Positions 41,287-51,871 are shown, counted from the stretch's first letter. The stretch is 64,000 nt of DNA from Candidatus Bathyarchaeota archaeon (GCA_963827165.1 CAWGZR010000012.1:64001-128000), one strand, 5' to 3'. The notes: generated by a model not told the origin, from the sequence alone. Translations and numbers: made by a program.

Positions 41287-41904
41287 TTAAACACGCTCCT
41301 CGCAATCGGGTTTGAGCATGCGCAGGATGATTTTTGTGTCAGGAAAGTGCGTTTTTGCATCTTTCGGGTCAAGCATGGTGGCTCTTTTCATTAGGCCGTT
41401 AAAACAAGCCAACAAAGCAACCATAAGCTCGTCGGGGTTATCGTGTGCGATTTCTCCTGTTGATTGTGCTTCAACAATGAGTTGACGCATGGCGTCTTGG
41501 ACAGCTTTGCCGTTTCTTTGAACCAACGCCTTAAGTTCCTTTGGCGCGGCTTCGTCTTCTAAGGCATTGGACATTATTTGGGTTATGCCTGGATTTTGGC
41601 GGTTGTTTTCTAAAATGTAGGTGATGAGGAGGGTTAGACGTTGGCTAGGTGTTCCTTTGATTTTGTTTATGCGTTCAATTGGTCCGCCCTCTGCTTCTGC
41701 AGCCTGCCTGACGAGGGTTGTGAAGATTTCTTCTTTGCTTTTGAAGTAGTGGTAGGCTAAGCCTTGGCTGATTTGGGCTTTGGCTGCTATGTCCGCCATA
41801 TTGGCTGTGTGTCCTTTTGTTGCGAAAACTTGGGTTGCGGCGTTTAGAATTTTTTTAGTTGTTTCTTCTCTGATTTGTTGGTTTGCTTGTTCGTTGCGGG
41901 GCAT
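41287..41904 (-). CDS. TetR/AcrR family regulator
   Basis: ILNAATQVF...DIAAKAQISQGLAYHYFKSKEEI. Confidence 0.93.
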   Translation of the reverse strand: MPRNEQANQQIREETTKKILNAATQVFATKGHTANMADIAAKAQISQGLAYHYFKSKEEIFTTLVRQAAEAEGGPIERINKIKGTPSQRLTLLITYILENNRQNPGITQIMSNALEDEAAPKELKALVQRNGKAVQDAMRQLIVEAQSTGEIAHDNPDELMVALLACFNGLMKRATMLDPKDAKTHFPDTKIILRMLKPDCEERV

Positions 41905-42194
41905 GTTTCACCCTTCTATTGTTGATTGAATATTTATTCAACTAATAAACCTGCTTCCACCAACGGCAAAAAGCGCATATTTGGATCCTGAAAGAAGCTT
42001 ATTTGGCTCATCTAGAAAAGACCTCCATCCATTTGAAAAGAAGCTTTTTTTTTCACAAACTACCAAAAATGAGTGGAAAAGATGAAGCGAGGATAACCAC
42101 CTTAAGCGTCAAAATTAATGAGAATTGGGCGCGGCATGGATACCGACCAGTTTATATCGGTTCTCCGTCTGGTAGTTGGGCGGAGACTCTTTAC

Positions 42195-43220
42195 ATGGCT
42201 GTTCATTTAGTTCCTTGGGACCCATCTCGTAACTTGTTGGATGAGGCAAACCGCCTCTATGATGAAGCAGGAACCTTTGACTGCATACAGAAAGGCGACC
42301 TTGTAGCCATCAAACTGCATGTGGGTGAGCTCGGAAACCCGTATTACGTCCAACCATTTTTCGTCAACGATTTGGCGCGCAGGGTCAAGGAAGCAGGCGG
42401 AAAACCCTTCCTCACTGACTCTAGCACCCTCTACACTGGCCAACGCAGCAACGGTTATGACCACACAATTAACGCGTTGACAAACGGATTCAACAAGGCA
42501 CCATTCTTCCCCGCTGACGGACTGAAAAGCGAAAACTACCGAACAATCCCAACTAAAGGCATACTCAATGAGATCGAGGTGTCAGGCATGATTGCAGAAG
42601 CTGATGCCATGGTAGTTGTTTCACACGATAAAGGTCATGAACTCAGCGGCTTCGGCGGAGCCATAAAAAACCTCGGCATGGGATGCACACCAGCAGCAGG
42701 GAAGTTGCGGCAGCACCGAGTTGTTGGGTTGTTGATAGATGAGTCTAAATGCGTTGGCTGCGGCAAATGTACAGTAATCTGCGCCCAGCACCTGCCCGAA
42801 ATTATCGAAGGAAAAGCACATAACACTTCACCGCTTTGCATGCGTTGCCCGATGTGCAAGCACAGTTGCCCGATGGAAGCAATCAGCTTCATAGACCAAG
42901 ACAATTTCTGCAAGGCTCTCGCTTCAGCCGCTTACGGAGTGCTATCTACCTTTAACCCGAAAAAAGTCTCCTTTGTCAGCTTCGCCAAAGACATAACTGC
43001 AAACTGTGATTGTTTACCGATGCCCGGCGAACCCGTCATGAAAGACATCGGAATATTCGCATCTAACTCAGTCGTGTCAATCGACGGCGCCTTCCTCGAA
43101 TCGATCGATTACAAAATGTTTAACGACGCCTCACATGTCGACTGCATGTTGCAGGTTCAAGAAGCAAAAGCCATTGGATTAGAGGGCGAAGTCAAACCGA
43201 AGATAACAAGACTAGTCTAA
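42195..43220 (+). CDS. DUF362 Fe-S protein with ferredoxin domain
   Basis: IKLHVGELGN, HDKGH..SGFGGAIKNLGMG, two CxxCxxC motifs, NCDC. Confidence 0.88.
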   Translation: MAVHLVPWDPSRNLLDEANRLYDEAGTFDCIQKGDLVAIKLHVGELGNPYYVQPFFVNDLARRVKEAGGKPFLTDSSTLYTGQRSNGYDHTINALTNGFNKAPFFPADGLKSENYRTIPTKGILNEIEVSGMIAEADAMVVVSHDKGHELSGFGGAIKNLGMGCTPAAGKLRQHRVVGLLIDESKCVGCGKCTVICAQHLPEIIEGKAHNTSPLCMRCPMCKHSCPMEAISFIDQDNFCKALASAAYGVLSTFNPKKVSFVSFAKDITANCDCLPMPGEPVMKDIGIFASNSVVSIDGAFLESIDYKMFNDASHVDCMLQVQEAKAIGLEGEVKPKITRLV

Positions 43221-43226
43221 GCCTAT

Positions 43227-44009
43227 TCACTCTACCAATTGCTTTTGCTGCTGTGTTTTTCTCCGTCTTAAGAACAAGTAAACAGTGATTACAGCTACAA
43301 CAGCCACAACGGAGCCGATAATCAAATAACGGGAAATTCCAGCAACCTCAGTCCAATTCTTGCCCAGGTACCATCCCAAATAAACTAGGACCGCATTCCA
43401 CACGAGGCAACCTGCCGTGGTGAATAGGAGGAATTTTTTCAAAGGCATTTTAGCCGCCCCGGCGGGGAAAGAAAAAGTTGTTCGAAAACCAGGGACTAAT
43501 CGACTGGCAAAGACAACTAGGCTGCCATGTTTGTCAAACCATTTCTCGGCGAGTTGCAGTTGGCCCGTTGACAAAATAAATTTTCCCAATATCTTGTGTT
43601 TAACGAGGGATTGGACGCCTTTTAACCCAATGTAATAGTCAATTAATGCACCAAATATTCCTGCCACTGTCGCTACTGTCACCACTATGTATGCGTTGAA
43701 TTGCCCGGTGAAAGTCAGGTAGCCTGCGAAGGGAAGAATGACTTCGCTTGGGATGGGAAGTGAGCTTGTTTCAAGTAACATCAACGCGAAGATGCCTGGA
43801 TACCCGAATGCACGCACTGTTGAAGTGACTCCGCGCACAATGGAAACAACGAAGCCGATAAGCGGTTCACTGGCTGGGGGATTACCTTCGAGAACTACGT
43901 CATCCAAAATATCTAGCAGAAAATAAAGAACAACGACGATAGCAATTGCTATGACGATTAACTGCGGCGCTTTCTTACGTAACTGCCCAAGTTTTAGAGA
44001 TGACCCCAA
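43227..44009 (-). CDS. DedA family membrane protein
   Basis: LPIPSEVILPFAG and RLVPGFRT..SFPAG. Confidence 0.92.
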   Translation of the reverse strand: MGSSLKLGQLRKKAPQLIVIAIAIVVVLYFLLDILDDVVLEGNPPASEPLIGFVVSIVRGVTSTVRAFGYPGIFALMLLETSSLPIPSEVILPFAGYLTFTGQFNAYIVVTVATVAGIFGALIDYYIGLKGVQSLVKHKILGKFILSTGQLQLAEKWFDKHGSLVVFASRLVPGFRTTFSFPAGAAKMPLKKFLLFTTAGCLVWNAVLVYLGWYLGKNWTEVAGISRYLIIGSVVAVVAVITVYLFLRRRKTQQQKQLVE

Positions 44010-44413
44010 GATAATCCGCTTAGCTTGATTTCTAACCTGAATACATTTTAGCCTATTTTAGCGTATTCCCGAAGCTTGAAAATTAGGTAGTGGAAAAAAA
44101 ATAAATAATTTGTTCAGTTATTTGAGAAAAACCCTGCTATCAGATTCGAACCTATCGTCTTGGGGTCTAAGCTATGCCTGACCAGAACGACTTTTTTAGT
44201 AGAAAAATTGCAATTTTCCGGAGCATTTCTTTTGGGATTGCTCAATTTTTGTCACAAGTTTGCCTGCGAAAGCTGACAGAAGAGGTTGTTCATATTTTGC
44301 ACAGATATATGTTTGTGTTATGAACCGTTATAACTGTCATGTGTCAAGTATTGCTAAGTCAGATTCACTAAATCAGATTCAAGAAATACGATTAATGTTG
44401 GAGCGCGAGGAAA

Positions 44414-44725
44414 ATGGAAAAAACACTCATGATGGACAAAGTCTCTGAAGAATATAACTTACTATTGAAACAAATGTACCTGAAGGTAGTCTCGGAGCCA
44501 AATCACGACTGCCTCAAAAAGGGGGTCATCAAATGCCCAGAATGTAACGAGGAAATCCTCATGATTCCCTCGCTTAGAGCCATGAACGAGGCAATAGAGA
44601 CCCATGTCAAAGTACACAAAGAATGCCTCAAAACAAACCCCATAATCATGCATAGCAAATCAATAAACATTCGTCTCGTCCTCGCGCAACAGGTCCTACT
44701 TCAAGCTTCAAGCAAATTCCAATAG
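44414..44725 (+). CDS. Hypothetical protein with C2H2-like motif
   Basis: CPEC...HVKVH; GAGG RBS. Confidence 0.65.
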   Translation: MEKTLMMDKVSEEYNLLLKQMYLKVVSEPNHDCLKKGVIKCPECNEEILMIPSLRAMNEAIETHVKVHKECLKTNPIIMHSKSINIRLVLAQQVLLQASSKFQ

Positions 44726-44799
44726 AGCCGCAACGACGCACCCCGCGTACTGAAAATAAGAATTTCGTTCTAAAATGGGTTCAACAGCTATTATTTCGC

Positions 44800-45543
44800 T
44801 TAAGGTGAGTGCTTAAGTTTGTTGATGGCGATTTGATAGGTGACTACCGCAGAATATACGCCGTAGGGGAGCAAGAGAAGTGGACGGCGTAAGGCAAATT
44901 TTAGATCGCTGACCATGAGCTCAACGTGTTTTTTGGCGGTCCAAACGCTGTCTGCCCGAAAATGGATGCAGTGAGGTTCATAGACTCCTAGCACTTTGTA
45001 GCCTTTGTTGTCAATCCACGATTTGATGAATGCGTCCTCGTAAGTGTGCAGCTGATACGGTATCTTAATATCTTCTACGGTTTTTCGCCGAATCAACATG
45101 TCGTGGGTTCCGCCTCGCCGCTCAAAAATCTTCATCGTAACCCTTTCAAACAACGGCAAAATCTTTTTTCCTTTAAGAACCGACCAGATTTCAATTCCCC
45201 AGACAGCGCCCACATCTTCCCCGACGTGCTTTTCCGCTTCAGCAAACCAGTTCCTTGAAAGGACAACATCGCTGTCAACAAACATGAACCAGTCGCCCTT
45301 CACCAGTCGAATCGCCGTCTGCCTAGCGGTGGCTCTTGTCCCTTTTTCCTGAATGAATAAAACGTTGCCGTACCTTTGCTGGAACTGCGCCACAATGGCT
45401 GGCGTCGAGTCCGTTGAAAATCCGTCAACGACAATCAGGTTCTTTACAGGTACGTTTAGGTAAACTGAATTGATGCATTCTCTAAGCTTTGCGGCGCTGT
45501 TATAGGTGAGGATTGCGACGTCAATGGGCTCCATCTCGGTCAA
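44800..45543 (-). CDS. GT2 glycosyltransferase
   Basis: ILTYN, VVDGFSTD and FVDSD motifs. Confidence 0.9.
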   Translation of the reverse strand: MTEMEPIDVAILTYNSAAKLRECINSVYLNVPVKNLIVVDGFSTDSTPAIVAQFQQRYGNVLFIQEKGTRATARQTAIRLVKGDWFMFVDSDVVLSRNWFAEAEKHVGEDVGAVWGIEIWSVLKGKKILPLFERVTMKIFERRGGTHDMLIRRKTVEDIKIPYQLHTYEDAFIKSWIDNKGYKVLGVYEPHCIHFRADSVWTAKKHVELMVSDLKFALRRPLLLLPYGVYSAVVTYQIAINKLKHSP

Positions 45544-45562
45544 CCCATTTCTAAGAGCATTC

Positions 45563-46732
45563 TTAGTACCCCATTAAGCCGCAACATCGGGAGCAGATCG
45601 GGAAAACGCCGTTTTCGCAGCTTCTTAAAGCGCGCCTGAACTTGCGGTATTTTTCGCCATTGTATACGTCAAGGATAGGCGACTCTTGAATGTTGCCTGT
45701 GACGAAATCTGGGAAATCCCTACATGTGACCACGTCGCCGTTCGGCATTACATCCAACTGGAACCATGGCGAAACACATTTTTTGTAGCCGAAGAAGTTT
45801 TCGGGTTGAGTGTAATAAGTTCGGATGTCCTCAAATTTGAGGTCGGGCACGAAAAGAACGTTTCCGAAGTGTTTGTTGCTTTTTATTTCCTTCACTTGCT
45901 TTTCGATTGCCTCTATATCCAAGGTTGAGGTGTCACGGACGTAACCTTTCCAGGCGAATGGTGTTATGCCCAGTTTTTCATTCGCTATTTTCGTGTGTTT
46001 CTGCCCAATCCATTCTTGAGTGAACCACGAGTAATAGATTATGATGCCAGTGGGGTTTAGTTTTTCTGCTTCCCTTACGGTGTCGACTAAAGTGTATTGG
46101 TTGTTGCTGGAGATTGTGGTTAAGGTGAAGATCGAAGGTTTTCTTTTCTTTTTCTCTTTCTTTATCTTTTGAATAGTCGATAAGCCTTTGATTGCCGTGT
46201 CCATTGCGCCTGGGACTCCTCGGCATTTGTCGTGGATTTCTCTGGGGCCGTCGAAAGAGACGCATATCATGTCCCACCCGTTGTCAACGATGGTTTCAGC
46301 GTTTCGTTCAAGCCCGACGCCGTTTGTGACTATCTGAACCGTCAGCCCCTTCTCTTTGATGTAATTTACAAAGGGAACCAGTGATTCGTAAAGAAACGGT
46401 TCTCCGCCTGTTATGTAAACGTGAACTTTTTTGGATGCAACTTCATCAATTACTTTCTTGTAAACATCAACCGGGACCTCACCGGTGACTTTAGGTGTGT
46501 CGTCCCTTGCATTGTATCCGCTTTGGCCCCACTGAGCGCAGATCGCGCATCTGTGGTTGCAGCGATGCGTGATTCTCAGACTCAACAGCCAAAGCGAAGA
46601 ACTGCTTCCATCCTCTTTTCCGTAGTCCAACTTCGACTTTACAAACTCTCGATAAGCACCTCTGCCAAAGCTCATAACCAGATGGGGGTTTGTGCAAACC
46701 GAGCCGACAAACTGTAGCGGAAGTCTTCTCAT
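45563..46732 (-). CDS. Radical SAM/SPASM protein
   Basis: CNHRCAIC, GGEP, C..PW...GDV..C and CSRCC. Confidence 0.9.
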   Translation of the reverse strand: MRRLPLQFVGSVCTNPHLVMSFGRGAYREFVKSKLDYGKEDGSSSSLWLLSLRITHRCNHRCAICAQWGQSGYNARDDTPKVTGEVPVDVYKKVIDEVASKKVHVYITGGEPFLYESLVPFVNYIKEKGLTVQIVTNGVGLERNAETIVDNGWDMICVSFDGPREIHDKCRGVPGAMDTAIKGLSTIQKIKKEKKKRKPSIFTLTTISSNNQYTLVDTVREAEKLNPTGIIIYYSWFTQEWIGQKHTKIANEKLGITPFAWKGYVRDTSTLDIEAIEKQVKEIKSNKHFGNVLFVPDLKFEDIRTYYTQPENFFGYKKCVSPWFQLDVMPNGDVVTCRDFPDFVTGNIQESPILDVYNGEKYRKFRRALRSCENGVFPICSRCCGLMGY

Positions 46733-46823
46733 TAGTCCGTGCCTTAGTATGTTTTAGTAGTTAAATTTTACTATCATCCATGTCATTAGGCGACGGCCAA
46801 CATTGGGGCATCGGTTGCTTCGT

Positions 46824-47687
46824 TTAGGTGAATTCTTTTCTTTCGAAGAATATCAATCCCAAAATTGCGGTGACGACAAGGTAAATGGCGATGATAACTA
46901 ATCCTTCAGGTATTGTGGCGTTAAAACTGGTTATGGAGAAATTTCCTCTTGGGCCTAACGGCGCGCTGATGGGTCCGTGTTGCGGGAACGGCGAGGTTAA
47001 TACGTTTCCTATTATTCCTGCGCCATAGGTTATGATGAACGAAGGCTCAACTCCAAGCAGTGGTAAGACAAAGCTTGACAGCAAATTGAACACGAAGAAG
47101 AACAGGATAACCGTCGTTATAATTGATATTGCGCTGCTTTTGAACAAGGAGCTAAAGAAGAACGTAACGCTAAGGACCGCTGCTAGGTAGAGTAAGGCAA
47201 AAACCAGTGATTCGCCGAATTGATACGGGATGGTTGCGCCCCAAAGGGCTGCGCCGGTTCCGACGGTGAAGACAGCGAAGACTCCGAACATTATGGCTGA
47301 GGCTATGAATGCACCTAACCATTTTCCAATGTAAATTGATGAGCGTCTTATTGGGTTTGGAACGCTGAAGTAACCGGTTTTGTTTTGGAATTCTCCCGAT
47401 ATGGCGTCGCCTCCGAAAAATATTCCAGACAAAATAATTATGAATGTTACCGCACTTCCCCAGTAACTGGAGTAAAAGTCTAAACTTGAAGTGTTGAATG
47501 CGCCTGGTCTAAAGTGAACTAGCGCGGTGAGAAGCGCCCCGATTATTATGGTGATTATGAATAAAACGAAGAACCTTCTTGACCTGAGATAGTCTAAGAA
47601 AGTGTATTTAGTTACGATTCCAACCTGGGCCATGCTGCCGGGCACTGTATTGTTTGACATTGATTGGTTTTTGCTCATGTTTATCAC
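46824..47687 (-). CDS. ABC-2 type permease
   Basis: DAISGEFQNKT...PIRRS..GK; multiple TM. Confidence 0.88.
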   Translation of the reverse strand: MINMSKNQSMSNNTVPGSMAQVGIVTKYTFLDYLRSRRFFVLFIITIIIGALLTALVHFRPGAFNTSSLDFYSSYWGSAVTFIIILSGIFFGGDAISGEFQNKTGYFSVPNPIRRSSIYIGKWLGAFIASAIMFGVFAVFTVGTGAALWGATIPYQFGESLVFALLYLAAVLSVTFFFSSLFKSSAISIITTVILFFFVFNLLSSFVLPLLGVEPSFIITYGAGIIGNVLTSPFPQHGPISAPLGPRGNFSITSFNATIPEGLVIIAIYLVVTAILGLIFFERKEFT

Positions 47688-48637
47688 AACGTTGCAGTTA
47701 TTAGTTTCAGATAAGCATCTTCAAGCTCGGAAGACGATGGTCTGTAGCTTATTACACCAAGGTTTAACCCGACCAAATCGCTTAAAAGTTTTCCCTGTGC
47801 TTCCAAGTCGCCCGTGAACTTGATGGTAAGGTTCTTTTCGTCTTTTTTGTTTACACTTACTACTTGCGGAAGATGCTCAATCGACTTAGTCACTCTTTCG
47901 TCGATTGGACGTGGGAATCCAACCTCCACTATGTTTTGTCCGCCGCCGAACTTGGAAGTTATATTAGTAATCGAGTCATATACCAAAAGTTTACCATGAT
48001 CGATCATGGCTACTTCATCGCACACGTCTGAAACCTCACTCAAAAGGTGAGAACTCATGAAAATCAAACGCTTCTCAGACTTCAACCCTTTAATTATGTC
48101 CCTGACCTCAGTCATTCCCCTTGGATCAAGCCCCGTGGTAGGCTCATCTAATAGAAGAATGCTCGGATGGCTAATCAACGCCGCAGCTATGTTTATCCTC
48201 TGCTTCATTCCTTTGGACATCCTGCCGACTCTTTTATCCATCCACTCTTCCATTCTGACTTCCGCGACAGCAGTCTCAATGTTCTTCATTTGCTGGTCAG
48301 CAGGAATCCCTCTGATTTCAGCAATCATCTTCAATGCTTCTCGAGGAGTCAGTGACGGGTAGATTTCGGGGGTTTCAATAAGCGCGGCAACCGAAGCCAA
48401 TGCGGTTTTTTTGTTGGTGTGAACGTTTATGCCGTTTATTAGGGCCTCTCCGGAAGTGGGACGGATCAAGTCAGTGAACATTTTAAGTGTGGTTGTTTTT
48501 CCCGCGCCGTTCGGACCCAAAAAACCGACGCATTTTGAGCCTTCGATTTTAAGGTTCAAATCGCAAACAGCCAGAAATGAACCGTACTGTTTTGTAAGCT
48601 TTACGGCTTCAATCGTTGGAACATCTGTCAATGGCAT
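47684..48637 (-). CDS. ABC transporter ATPase
   Basis: GPNGAGKTT, SKGMKQR, LDEPTTGLDP; likely start ATG 48637. Confidence 0.92.
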   Translation of the reverse strand: MPLTDVPTIEAVKLTKQYGSFLAVCDLNLKIEGSKCVGFLGPNGAGKTTTLKMFTDLIRPTSGEALINGINVHTNKKTALASVAALIETPEIYPSLTPREALKMIAEIRGIPADQQMKNIETAVAEVRMEEWMDKRVGRMSKGMKQRINIAAALISHPSILLLDEPTTGLDPRGMTEVRDIIKGLKSEKRLIFMSSHLLSEVSDVCDEVAMIDHGKLLVYDSITNITSKFGGGQNIVEVGFPRPIDERVTKSIEHLPQVVSVNKKDEKNLTIKFTGDLEAQGKLLSDLVGLNLGVISYRPSSSELEDAYLKLITATL

Positions 48638-48804
48638 AAAGTCATCTCCCGAGCAGAAGGATCTGCCTAACTTATAAATTCTAGCCACAATTAAACCGAA
48701 CTCTAACCCGGGTTTTCGGAAATTCAAACTCCGAAATGAATGTTTAAAAGATAAATATTGGGCAAAACAAAAAAAGATAAAGAAAGAAAAAGATGAGTAG
48801 TGGC

Positions 48805-49800
48805 TTATCTGTTGAATTTCAGTGGTCCCAGATGCTTTTCGTTTTTCCGTAGGAATGCGCTTTCTACGCCGGTGATTACAGCCATAACTGAAACTGCGCC
48901 TTGCAGTTCTTTGTCGACTCTTGCGCCCCAGATGATCTTTGTTTTCGGTGGTAGTGAACGTTTCATTATCTCGGCGGCTCGGTTGACTTCGGTCAGAGTT
49001 AGGTCTTCTCCACCTGAGACATGTATGAGCAATCCTTTTGCCTTGGTTACGTCTTCGATGTCGAGTAGGCGTCCGTTTAACGCTTTTTCTACTGCCTGTT
49101 CAACTCTTGTTTCGCCTGTGCCTTCGCCGATGCCTATTGAAGCTAAGCCTGATCCTGTCATGATTGCTTTCAAATCCGCGTAATCCATGTTTATGAGGCT
49201 TGCGGTTGTGATGGTTTCTGTTACTCCTTTTACGAATTTGCCGACTGTGGTGTTTGCTACGCCCAAGGCTTCTCTGAAAGGCAAGTTCCCAGCTACTTTT
49301 ACCAGTCTGTTGTTGTCAATCACTACCACTGTATCGCATGATTCTTTGAGTCGATTCAAGCCTTTTTTCGCGGCGTTCATTCTTGCAGTTTCAACTTCGA
49401 ACGGAAGAGTTACTACGCCTACAAGCAAAGGTGCCATCGCAGATCCAGCGGTCTTTCTATGTAGTGTCTCAGCTAAGCCTACGATTGATCCTGTCCCTGT
49501 GCCTCCGCCTAAACCTGCCACCATGAAGATGATGTTGGCTCTTTGTAATTCATGGATGACTTCGCCTGCTGTTTCATACAGCGCTTTTTCGCCTACCTCT
49601 GGGTAGCCTCCACTGCCTAAGCCTCTGGTCAGTTTTTCACCGATTAAGATTCTCTTATCTGCTTTGATGGTCAACAAGTGTGTTGCATCAGTGTTTACTG
49701 CGACTAGTTTACCGCCTGTGATTCCCTTTTCTTTGATCCATGTTATAACGTTGCATCCTGCCCCGCCAAGTCCGACGGCGACCAGTGTTGGTGCTGCCAT
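48805..49800 (-). CDS. ftsZ: Cell division protein FtsZ
   Basis: GLGGAGCN, NTD, GLGGGTGTG, LINMDYAD. Confidence 0.95.
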   Translation of the reverse strand: MAAPTLVAVGLGGAGCNVITWIKEKGITGGKLVAVNTDATHLLTIKADKRILIGEKLTRGLGSGGYPEVGEKALYETAGEVIHELQRANIIFMVAGLGGGTGTGSIVGLAETLHRKTAGSAMAPLLVGVVTLPFEVETARMNAAKKGLNRLKESCDTVVVIDNNRLVKVAGNLPFREALGVANTTVGKFVKGVTETITTASLINMDYADLKAIMTGSGLASIGIGEGTGETRVEQAVEKALNGRLLDIEDVTKAKGLLIHVSGGEDLTLTEVNRAAEIMKRSLPPKTKIIWGARVDKELQGAVSVMAVITGVESAFLRKNEKHLGPLKFNR

Positions 49801-50050
49801 TTTCGCGAATTTCGCTATTTTTTCTTCTTGTGACTCTATATACGGCGTTTCCGCATATTCGAACGGTTGTTGAGCTTCTATCTTTATACCCCCAATATTT
49901 TCCTATATCGTAAATCTCACGATATTAGAATATAAAGATTTTGAATTCTTATTCAAAATGAATATTTGTAGTACACGGCGACAGATAACTTATCTCGTAA
50001 TATACCTTATATATGACTTTTATCCACAACCAAGTTAGGGAGAAGACCAA

Positions 50051-50455
50051 ATGAAAAAACTAACACTCATGAAACGCTTCATGAAAAACTTCGTAGGAAA
50101 AAACTTCCGCCTAATTATAAAAGACAAAGACGGTACATTCAAAGTCCACACCATAGAAATCATGCAGAAAACCGACGACACCTGCCCAGCAAAAGACATC
50201 CCAGTAGGCGACTACTTCCTTCACCTTCGCGCGACAAACCCACAGGGGAATGACGCATCAATAGTTTGCGATTGGACAGACGAGCTGCTGAAAAACCTCA
50301 TGACCAACTACAAAGACGCAAAAGATGCAAACTACTCGGAGATAACAATGTTCAAAGACCCTCAATCGGAAGATTCGGACAAGTGGCTCTTAACATGGGG
50401 CGATGAGCCCAGAGAACCCGGACAAACCTACACCCCAATACGATACATCAGCTAA
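50051..50455 (+). CDS. Hypothetical protein
   Basis: 134 aa ORF with GGAG RBS. Confidence 0.7.
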   Translation: MKKLTLMKRFMKNFVGKNFRLIIKDKDGTFKVHTIEIMQKTDDTCPAKDIPVGDYFLHLRATNPQGNDASIVCDWTDELLKNLMTNYKDAKDANYSEITMFKDPQSEDSDKWLLTWGDEPREPGQTYTPIRYIS

Positions 50456-50661
50456 AGTTATGGCAACTCCAAACTCACCTCCGCCATCAAAATTATTCTC
50501 CTTATATCCCAACACTTAGTTTCGACAAAAGAGAACCTATTGATCAAACCGAATTCCATCAACAAAAGAAATACCAAAAAACGTGTTAACTTGATTTTGA
50601 AATGAAAGCTTTTTCTAGTATCTTAGCCACCTTATAATAATCCCTGGCATGGAGAAAAAGA

Positions 50662-51657
50662 ATGACAAACGTCCAAATAGAAAACAAAGAGGTGTCTTGG
50701 GAAGTCCTTGATGTTCCTGAATATGGAACCATTACGGCACCAAAGGACGGAGAAGTTCATTCTGCCGTTGTCTTTGTAGCTGGCAGTGGCCCAACTGACC
50801 GAAATTGGTGCTCACCCCTGCTGCCTGGAACAAACGGCAGCGCCAAACTGTTGGCTGAAGCACTCGCAATTCGCGGTTTCGTTACTCTGCGGTATGACAA
50901 ACTTGCATCAGGACCATACGTTACAGAAAACATTCCTAGGCTTATCGGCAAAATAAGCATGCAAAGTCACTTGAAAGAACTCTCAGGCGCAGTAGAAACA
51001 ATCATGGCTGAAGAAAACGTTGACAAAGACGGTGTTTTTGTGTTAAGTAACAGCGAAGGCGCTATCCACGCGGTGAACTATCAGCTGCAGGCAAAGGTCA
51101 GCCGTTTTAGAGGTCTAGTGCTAACTGGAGCCCCCGGTAGGTCGGTCGGGGACTTAGGTCGCAGCCAAATCTTCAGTCAAATCAAGCATTTGCCTAACGC
51201 CGAAATTCTCATGAAGCCTTATGACGATGCCATCGAGATGTTCTTGGCGGGTAAACCTATGGTTATTGATGCGTCTCTTCCGCAAGGAATAAAGTTGTTG
51301 CTTCAAAGCTTGGAGACTCCAGCCAACTTGCCGTTCAGCCGTGAATTATGGAATTATACGCTCTCAGAGTACATCGAAAAAGTGGCTGATCCGATGATAG
51401 TTGAAATCGGCAAAAAGGATATCCAGGTTGATTGGGAAGTAGATGGAAAGTTGCTGGAAGAGGCAACTGTCAAAAAAACCAATGCAACTTTTATTTATCC
51501 GGAAAACGCAAATCATGTCCTTAAGCATGAGGATACTCCGCGAGAACAACTCAATGCGCTATACGTAGCTCAGCATTACAATGCGCCAGACGCGGTACTT
51601 GACCGAGAAGCTACAAACGCTATTTTCAATTGGCTGAATAGTCAGATACAGCAGTAA
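50662..51657 (+). CDS. Alpha/beta hydrolase
   Basis: GSGPTDRN, SNSEG nucleophile elbow, DIQV, NHVLK. Confidence 0.85.
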   Translation: MTNVQIENKEVSWEVLDVPEYGTITAPKDGEVHSAVVFVAGSGPTDRNWCSPLLPGTNGSAKLLAEALAIRGFVTLRYDKLASGPYVTENIPRLIGKISMQSHLKELSGAVETIMAEENVDKDGVFVLSNSEGAIHAVNYQLQAKVSRFRGLVLTGAPGRSVGDLGRSQIFSQIKHLPNAEILMKPYDDAIEMFLAGKPMVIDASLPQGIKLLLQSLETPANLPFSRELWNYTLSEYIEKVADPMIVEIGKKDIQVDWEVDGKLLEEATVKKTNATFIYPENANHVLKHEDTPREQLNALYVAQHYNAPDAVLDREATNAIFNWLNSQIQQ

Positions 51658-51698
51658 ACTCGGCTAAGATTATTTGGCTAATTCTTTTAAGAAAAATT

Positions 51699-51871
51699 TG
51701 GTGGGGCCGGCCGGATTTGAACCGACGACCTTTACCCAAGAACGGCGCGAAGCCGTTCTTTACGGGTTTCTCTAGACACGCTCCAGAACTTCGTCATTCC
51801 TCTGGGCGAGGTCAGCAAACCCGTTGCTTGCTTCTGGAGCCCGTCGTCATACCTGTCTAGACTACGACCCC
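51699..51871 (-). tRNA. trnW: tRNA-Trp(CCA) with two introns (37/38: 51768-51833; 43/44: 51732-51761) and encoded CCA end
   Basis: GGGGTCG/CGGCCCC acceptor stem, ACGGG-CTCCAG|A-CCCGT anticodon arm, GTCGG-TTCAAAT-CCGGC T arm; 77 nt after removing both introns. Confidence 0.93.
51768..51833 (-). ncRNA. Intron-encoded box C/D-type guide RNA
   Basis: ACGGGTTTG+CTGA (D'), ATGACGA (C'), and TTCTGGAGC antisense to the anticodon loop. Confidence 0.75.

Noticed and set aside
44130-44195. tRNA-like fragment on the minus strand (TCTGGTCA...GGTTCGAATC)
   Set aside because: No acceptor stem or complete anticodon arm can be formed; at most a decayed remnant
44800-48727. RiPP-like cluster (radical SAM/SPASM, GT2, ABC exporter)
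   Set aside because: No precursor peptide or RRE is evident; the adjacency may be coincidental
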